Shown: one piece after another, positions 54,843-64,000 of the stretch
Numbering within the stretch: position 1 is the stretch's first letter
Layout: each line of letters starts with the position of its first letter
Source of the DNA: the human T2T-CHM13v2.0 reference genome, Homo sapiens
Length of the DNA: 64,000 bases
Assembly: GCF_009914755.1 (NCBI RefSeq)
Contig: NC_060935.1
Direction: 5' to 3' (one strand)
Position numbers and translations under genes: made by a program
The notes under the pieces: generated by a model
What the model was told of the DNA's origin: nothing
Database searches by the model: none
The model's input: only the letters and a program-made list of their open reading frames with translations

Positions 54843-55090
54843 GTGTGGCACGATCTCAGCTCACTTCAACCTCCACCTCCTGGGTTCAAGCAATTCTCCT
54901 GCCTCCGCCTCCTGAGTAGCTGGGATTAGATGCAAATATGACCATGCTCGACTAATTTTTTCTGTATTTTTGTGGAGATGGGGTTTCACCATGTTGGCCA
55001 GGCTGGTCTCGAACTGCTGACCTCAGGTGATCTGCCTGCCTCAGCCTCTCAAAGTGCTGGGATTACAGGCGTGAGCCACTGAGCCTGGCC
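54843..55090 (-). mobile_element. AluS lacking 3' end and A-tail
   Basis: Homology starts abruptly at 'gtggcacgatctcagctcac'. Confidence 0.9.
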
Positions 55091-55535
55091 TCCAGGAAGT
55101 TTTAAAATAATATTTTTCTGTCTTTCAAAGACTTTAGTGAACCTCCTTTTCCTTGTCTTTGCCCATTTCTAATCAAAATTATCTTCTTATTCTCATTAAT
55201 TTTATGAAATTATTTTATTGACAAATAGCCTCATCCATCACCTCCATAACCATGAATTTCAGTGTCATAAGCTATAGCCAAGACTAACATACCTTTCTGA
55301 TTGAATTCATGAAAGTCTGCTTTGCCACACTAATACCGTGAAAGCTGAACTTTTCTCTTCTTTTTTTATTATGTTATGTGGTCCTTTTTATTTCTTAGGT
55401 ATAAATATGTTAAATAGTTTAAAGTCTAAGAAAACACACATGATTGAAGTTATTTTATACCATGTAAACTACTATAAATACATCTTAATGATATTTTTAA
55501 TTTCTTTACTGGCATTGTAATTGGCAATGCATTAG

Positions 55536-55904
<369 letters not shown>

Positions 55905-56229
55905 AATAATTCTTAAGTTTTAAATATATTGTCCCAAATAAAAAACTAATACTCTAGAATTTGCCACAATTTTTCAGCAAAAACTATATTGATTTGACTC
56001 TACTTCCATTGGCTTTAAAATATGATGAATAAAACTAATCTTAGTCATACTATATGTTAAGAGCAAAATTACACACTATTTTTATTTAATGTAGAGGTCT
56101 GAGCTCCTTCTAAACATCAGTATTAACTGAGATATAAAACATAGAAGGAAAAAAGGAAGAGAGAAGAGTGTTGAGAATATCGTTTTCCATTTGAACTCAT
56201 CAAGCTTGAAGTTCATGTTGGCTAAGTAA

Positions 56230-56900
56230 AAATGAGAAGTACAGTGAAATGAGTCTGGAGCTCAGAAACTGATTTAGACTGGATATATAAGCTGAAAGAT
56301 AATGGTTAGACCCAGGATAAGGATGACAGTGCGTAACATTTCCAAAGACCTGAAGATGAATCTTTGAAGAATGCCACATCATAGAAGGATGACAGAGAAC
56401 TGTCAGTAAAGAAAAAGATGGAGTGATCTTTCAGGTGGATGGGGCACCAAAGGTTGGATGTCACATCGGCCAAAGAAAGTGAGAATTCACGGGAGAATGT
56501 CTCATAGTGTGTCAAGTATCAGAGGAGTCAAAGTAATATAGGAATTGGAAATTTTCCATTGCGTTTAATATTAGGACATCATCAACAACATTCTAATAAT
56601 TTAAATCAATGACAGAGGAAAAAAAAAAGACTACAATGGATTGAGGAAGGAATGGAGGAAATTGTAAAAAAATTGAGCCGACAAAGACCCAGATACATCA
56701 CTGAAGAATAATATGGTGCTACGTAGAAAGAAACACTGATTGGAAGGAGGGTTTTCCCCTCCCTTATCAGTAGTATTAATAGAAACTAGAAATAGGGCCC
56801 TTTCTATGTTCCCTGATAAAGAAGCCACTAGAATAAAGAGAAAGTGGATAATTGATGGTACAAGGCTCCAGAGCCTCCTGCACTAGAGCATATATGTTTA
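56230..56900 (-). mobile_element. L2 fragment
   Basis: 'gtctggagctcagaaa', 'gtgtcaagtatcagaggagtcaa', 'agactacaatggattgagga'. Confidence 0.6.
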
Positions 56901-57544
56901 GTAAAAGTTACTACTTTCCTAGAGGCTGGCATCAGATAAATACCTAAGATTATACTGTAATACCAACTAAGCACACAATTTTACACATGCTTGTTCCCTG
57001 CTTATTCAAAAAGAAACATTATTACACATAAGAACACATCTAAAGTTTTGACAACAAAAAAATTTTTGCTGTTAGAATATGTAGAACAAACTTTGTCTGT
57101 TAGAATATATTGCAAAATATTTAATGGACAGAAATAATTTACAAGTAAGCATTACTTTAGTAAAATAAGCCTAAGCCATACTAGAAAATGTTCATAATAA
57201 AATCTCTCCCTCGTATCTGAAATTCTTCACCAGACTGCTGCAAGCTATGTTATTTCTTCCATCTTTTATTTTAAATGTAGTGAGTTTAATTATCATATCT
57301 TTCTAGTATTCCCTTGCTTCTTAGCCTTCTGTAACTGATTGCTAATGTCTACAATAATGCCCCACTGGCTAAAGTAGCTCCCTTTTATTTCTCATGCTGA
57401 TACCTATGCTTAAATCTTTAGTGTTAAGAAAAAAAATACAATAAACACATTTAATTCACTCAACAACTCAATGAGGGAGTGTGGTATATTGAATTATTGC
57501 TTCCATTAATTTCTTTCCTTCCAATAGGCAAAGCACAGTGTATC

Positions 57545-57842
57545 ACCAACCTCAGACTTGCTGTTTGACGATATGACTTACTTGCAACAGTGGAGATTGT
57601 CTGCAGGTGTCAGCTGCCGATTGTGAGCAGAGGCTTTCAGAAGCAGTGCCCCAGAGCTTTGCTTGCCCTCCTGAGAACAGCATGCCCAACAGCGACCCCG
57701 CCTTCCGTCCATGTTCCGGAATGAGACAGTACATGGCACAGAGCCGAGCCCCGCCAATCTCAGATGAGCCCCGCCCAGTCACTGCCAGCCCACAGACCTA
57801 CAATAGCAGGTCCTCTTTGCCACAGCCAAAGCTATCTAATGT
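57545..57842 (+). mobile_element. Old MLT1 (H/I/J-like) LTR remnant, CpG-retaining, with GC boxes and CCAAT
   Basis: 'tgagaacagcatgccc..ggaatgagacagtacatggcacagagccgagccc', end 'cagccaaagctatctaat'. Confidence 0.55.
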
Positions 57843-57902
57843 CGATATATATTTAAACAGGAAAAAAAAATGCCTTACAGAGTTTAAAAGAATTAGTGGA
57901 CC

Positions 57903-58197
57903 GGCCGGGCGCGGTGGCTCACGCCTCTAATCCCAGCACTTTGGGAGGCCAAGGCGGGCGGACGAAGAGGTCAGGAGATCGAGACCATCTTGGCGAACAC
58001 GGTAAAACCCTGTCTCTACTAAAAATACAAAAAATTAGCCGGGCGTGGTGGCGGGCGCCTGTAGTCCCAGCTACTCAGGAGGCTGAGGCAGGAAAATGGC
58101 GTGAACCCGGGAGGCGGAGTTTGCAGTGAGCCGAGATCGCGCCACCGCACTGCAGCCTGGGAGACAGAGCGAAACTCCGTCTCAGAAAGAAAGAAAA
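57903..58197 (+). mobile_element. AluY
   Basis: CpG-rich; TSD aaaagaattagtggacc on both sides. Confidence 0.96.
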
Positions 58198-58410
58198 AAA
58201 AGAATTAGTGGACCACTATTTACTAACTGTGTAACCCAAACTCAGACCTTCTGAATGTTAGACAAATTCTTTTTACATAACATCACAGTGAGTTCTTAAC
58301 TAAAGAAGGGTAACTTCTTTAAGAAGTTATTCATATTTATACAAGGCAGGCATTTGCCCTTGAAAAGCTTTCTGTCTCCTCGGATCCACCAGGAATAGAA
58401 AATCTTTCTC

Positions 58411-58908
<498 letters not shown>

Positions 58909-59236
58909 TCAACAATTTTGGATTTCATAGTGTCAATATTTCTACAGCCAGATATATGGTTCTTCTTAAATTGAGCTTGGAAAATACCTTTCTAACATAA
59001 AACCCAAAGTCTTGTTATGTACTAGAAGATCTGGAGTTTAGGACCATTATATCATGTTGACCAAGAAAATGTCCATTAAAAAAAAAAAGCAAGAAAATAT
59101 AACATCTACAGGCTCAAAAATACCAGGCCAACTGAGACACCAAAGTGGCCTAGGATCATAAGATAATTATCACTGTTAAATAATCATTCAGTCATTGATT
59201 TTTTTACTTAGTTATTCATTTAATCCATCAAACATG

Positions 59237-59685
59237 TGCATTAGTTAGTTTGAGCTGCCATAACAAAATGCCATAAACTTGGTGGCTTCAACAAAAACAA
59301 TTTATTTTCTGACAGTTCTAGAGGCTGCAAATCCAAGATCAGGGTGCCGGCGTGATTGGATTCTGTTAAAGGCTCTCTTCTGGCTTGCAGACAGCCACTT
59401 TCTCACTGTGTGTTTTCACATGGCAGAGAGAGAGCAAAAGGGAGAGGGAGAGGGAGAGGGAGAGGGGAGGGGGGAGGGGGGAGGGGGAGAGAGAGGGGGA
59501 GAGAGAGAGAGCACAATCTCTCTGATATCTCTTCTTATAAGGTCACTAATCCCATCATAAGGACTCCACCCTCATGACCTCATCTAAATCTAATTGTCTC
59601 CCAAAGGGCCCATCTCCTAAGACTATCACATTTCAGGTTAGGGCTTCCATATATGAAGAGGGGGCACACAATTCACTTCATAACA
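59237..59685 (-). mobile_element. MLT1A-like solo LTR with internal G-rich expansion, nested in an L2
   Basis: 'gctgccataacaaaatgccataaact..cacaattcacttcataaca'; flanking aacatg repeat. Confidence 0.9.
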
Positions 59686-60498
<813 letters not shown>

Positions 60499-60834
60499 TC
60501 AGAACATTTTTAATGTCCTGGAGAAGAAAGATTTTGTAAAACCCATCCTATGGAGTGCCAAGGAAAATTTATTCCCTACGAAGGTAATGGAGAATGCAAA
60601 AAAATATGTAATTTTACAAAGTTTATAAACATAACTCATTTTGAAATTTTGCATTGATATGATAGCATCATAATTTTCTGTTTAGTAATCATATTTGAAT
60701 TTAACACTGTGTGACAGCAGCACATGTATGTGACTATGTGTGTAATGGAGCAGACAAAAATAACAAAATTCTCCATTATAGCTACCAGTATCTCTAGTGC
60801 CACAATCAGACTGTTCTTCATTTACTGTGTCATT

Positions 60835-62455
60835 TTAAAACATTTACTGAAAATTTGCTATGAAGTTGGTTCCATGAAGCTGTAATCATCCTGTGAATAA
60901 AACAACCATCCCTGCCCTCATGGAGCTTACATTATAGGAGGAGAAGGCAGAGCAACAGTAAACATAATAAATAAGTAAACTATATAGTATGTTAGAAAAT
61001 GATGAGTGCTTTGGAGAACAGAAATGGAAGTACCTGGATTCGAAGGAGGTGAAGGTAGCTTTATACAGAAAATAAAATTTGAGCAAAACTTGGAGGGAAT
61101 TTGCCATGCAAATATCTGAAGAACATACGGCAGAAGAAAGAATATTCCAGGTATGGGAACCAATGCAAAGGTCTTAAGCAGAGAACATGCCTGATGTCAT
61201 CCAAGTACTTGAAGAAGGTTGATGTGGCTAGATTGCAATGAATGAGAAGTAAAGAATAATAGAAGATGAAGTCCAAATGTAGAGAGGGAGTCATCTCAAG
61301 GAGGGCTCTGTAGGCTACTGAAGGCTTTGGCTTTCACCATGAATGAATGCAAAGCTATTGGAGGGTCTTCAAGTAGAGGAGCAGCATGATCTGATTTACA
61401 GTTAAAATTAGTCACTTTAGTTACTGTGGTAGGTAGAGTAATGATCCCTCCAACATGTCTACTTCCTAATCCCTGGAATCTGTAAATATATTTATTACCT
61501 TACATGGCAAAAGGGAATTTACAGAAGTGATTAAGGTTAAGGGCCTTGAGATGGATTATCTAAGTGAACCCAGTCTGATCACTTGAGTGACAAAGGTGGA
61601 AAGTGGAAGAGGGAGACCCAAGACTTAGTCAGAGAGATGTAACATATGAAAGATCCTCTCTGCCATTGCTGGCTATGAAGATGGTGGCAAAGGAATGTGG
61701 TGGCCTCTAGAAGCAGGGAATGACACTTAGTTTACAGCTAGCGAAACAACAGGGACCTTGGTTTTAGAGCCACAAAGAACTGAATTGTCAACAATTGGAA
61801 TGAATAGGAAACTGATGCTCCCCTAGTGACTCCAGGAGATAACACAGACTGCCAACACCTTAATTTTAGTCCAGCAAGACCCGTTTCAGACTTCTGATTT
61901 GTAGAACTATACAATCATAAATGTGCATTGTTTTAAGCCACTCAGTCTCTGGTGATTTGTAAAAGCAGCAACAGAAAACTATTAATAATACAGTTACTGT
62001 GCAGAGAAAATGTTATGGAAAGTGAGGAGGAAGAGGGAAACAAAAAGAAGAGTTGGGAAGCTATTGCAGTAATCAGGTGAGGCATGAGCATTTGGATAAA
62101 CGTAGCAGCCATGAATACAAAAAAGGACCCAATTCTGGCTATCTTCTGAAGGCAAAGCCAACACAATTCTTGGCAGACTGGACGTAGAGCATAAGGACAT
62201 GTTAAAGATGGGCCTGAGATTTTTGACCTGAGTAATTGAAAGGATAGTATTTCCAGATGGGAAAGACTATGGGAGGAACAGGATTGTGGAGGAATTCAAG
62301 AGATCAATTTGGAGTGGATACTCTAGAGTAAGGAGTTGAATATGCAGTATGGGTTCAAGAGACAGTTCTGAGATGGTAATATCGATTTGAATGTCAGTGG
62401 TATGTAAATTGTTAAGTCATAGATTGGACGAACTCATAGAATAAGTGTTGATAGG
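60835..62455 (-). mobile_element. L2a, interrupted by MLT1E
   Basis: 'ccctgccctcatggagcttacatt', 'ggaagctattgcagtaatc', 'ttttgacctgagtaattgaaagga'. Confidence 0.85.
61425..61992 (+). mobile_element. MLT1E/D-like solo LTR
   Basis: TG...CA termini; perfect TSD gttac at 61420-61424 and 61993-61997. Confidence 0.92.
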
Positions 62456-63029
62456 TCTCTCTTTGGATAAACATTCTTCTGTGAAAATATTTAATTTAAA
62501 TATATGTATATATAGTTAAGTAGTCAATAATATGCTTCCAGAAATTTTCCTTCCAGATCACTTCCTCTCATGTAGAAGAAACACATGATCCATGAGAGCA
62601 TGTGGAGATTTGGAAGGAGGATGCTTAGGATACATGTAAAAGACACTGAAAGTATCCAGACTGAAGAAAGTCAACAAATAAAAATAAACTGTTCTTACTA
62701 GGCAATTCTGTCTGAATTCTTCCCTAATTGATGGAGCAAAAAAATAAAATAAAAATTAAATTTCTGACAGCATTCCATACTAGAAGCTGAAGTATGCTCA
62801 ACACATTTGTACCTCAGTCATTGCTTAATTTGCCTTTGGAAAAATAGCTCCATCACGTAAACAAACCTCTTAGTTTCTTCAAATGCTACAATCCCTTGAG
62901 AAAGACACTGGTAGCAGGTAAACCTGCAATAGGAGAGCCACTCTGAAACAGGAATGAACAGACTTAGATGTCTATTTTTACCCCACCACAAAAATGCCCA
63001 ACCAGAATGCTTAGCAAGTGCCACAGACA

Positions 63030-63225
63030 ACTGTGCTAAGTGCTCTGTCTGCGTCATTTCATTTAATTCCTCCCAACAATCCCTTGAGGTGGCTTTGTAA
63101 TCACAGGTGAGAAAATTAAATTTTAGAGTAATTAAGAAACTTGTCCAGTGTCATTCGTAGAGCTAGAGAATGTCAGAGTCAGAATCCAAATGCAAGTCAG
63201 ATAGTTCTAAAGCACGCTCTCTTAT
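63030..63225 (-). mobile_element. MIR
   Basis: 'tcatttaattcctcccaacaatcccttgagg..acaggtgagaaaatt'. Confidence 0.75.
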
Positions 63226-64000
63226 CTGTCTGTTATGTTGCAGCTAGACAGTCACAGGTCCTTCCACTTTAAATTCTAATATATTCATTGAATCTGCACA
63301 GTCTTTCCTGATTACTGGAGTAAATAGTACTTACTCTATGCCCTTTTTATTTTTATTTTTTAGTTAACATCACACACATCCTACTTTTCTTGTTCCTAGT
63401 TCTGTTTTCCTCTATGAGCTGCCAGAATAATCCTATCTGTGGCTCCCTTTTCCTTGCAAGATTAAAAGCATAGTCTTTAATATGCTATTAAAATTCTGTT
63501 TTATATCTCCAGCCTCACATATCATAAGCCCTTCCTACCTTGCACCTTGTGTTCCAGCCACACCAACTGAAATGCACATCCCAGAATATGCCCTAAGCAT
63601 GTGACCACTCTGCCATGAATACTACCCTCTCCACTCCAACACGCATACACATCACCCTTGAATAATTCCTATTCAGAATTAAAACAGTGCAATAATATTC
63701 TCCTCATAATGCCTTCCCTCTACAAATAAGACACATTTACTGAGCTACTCCATGCCACACACTATTCTAAGCACCCTGAAAACTTTGGTAGAGAATATGT
63801 CTGTTCTCAAGAAACTACAATGTATCTTGGATACAACCACATAAACAAAATTTATATATAATTTTCAAAATAATACTGCAGCCTGGAAAATTTTAAGAAT
63901 ACACTCAATAATCCTCTCTGCTCTCAAGCCTTTCTTATCATATCATATTAAAATTTTCTGCTAATGAATCTAACATGATATTTATTGTTACAAATTGCAA

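Noticed and set aside
57607-57930. 107-aa ORF over the CpG-rich element
   Set aside because: GTG start, LTR-derived, runs into an Alu, no recognisable domain
58311-58329. Palindrome taacttctt-t-aagaagtta
   Set aside because: 9-bp AT-rich arms are expected by chance in 64 kb

Overview
AT-rich primate (most likely human) non-coding genomic DNA, either intergenic or deep intronic. About half or more is recognisable transposable-element sequence: a near-full-length old L1MA with a nested younger L1PA, a full THE1 MaLR provirus, about 16 Alus, L1MC/L1ME, L2, MIR, MLT1/MLT2/MST LTRs, MER2 and MER58. No host protein-coding exon, RNA gene or CRISPR array can be supported; the only protein-like ORF (4308-5132) is the C-terminus of L1 ORF2p. 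The most notable structures are: (1) a THE1 LTR and an MLT2A (HERV-L) LTR in opposite orientation, joined at their PBS ends inside ONE 5-bp target-site duplication (40395-41346); (2) a ~550-bp inverted copy of local DNA inserted into an MLT1 LTR, forming a long inverted repeat (9662-11863); (3) several other locally templated insertions; (4) a TSD-less Alu joining two unrelated L1 pieces (candidate Alu-mediated deletion); (5) a CpG-retaining old LTR plus adjacent AluYs with GC/CCAAT boxes (candidate germline promoter, about 57.55-58.7 kb). Subfamily names come from recall of consensus sequences and need RepeatMasker/Dfam confirmation. Boundaries without a TSD are approximate.
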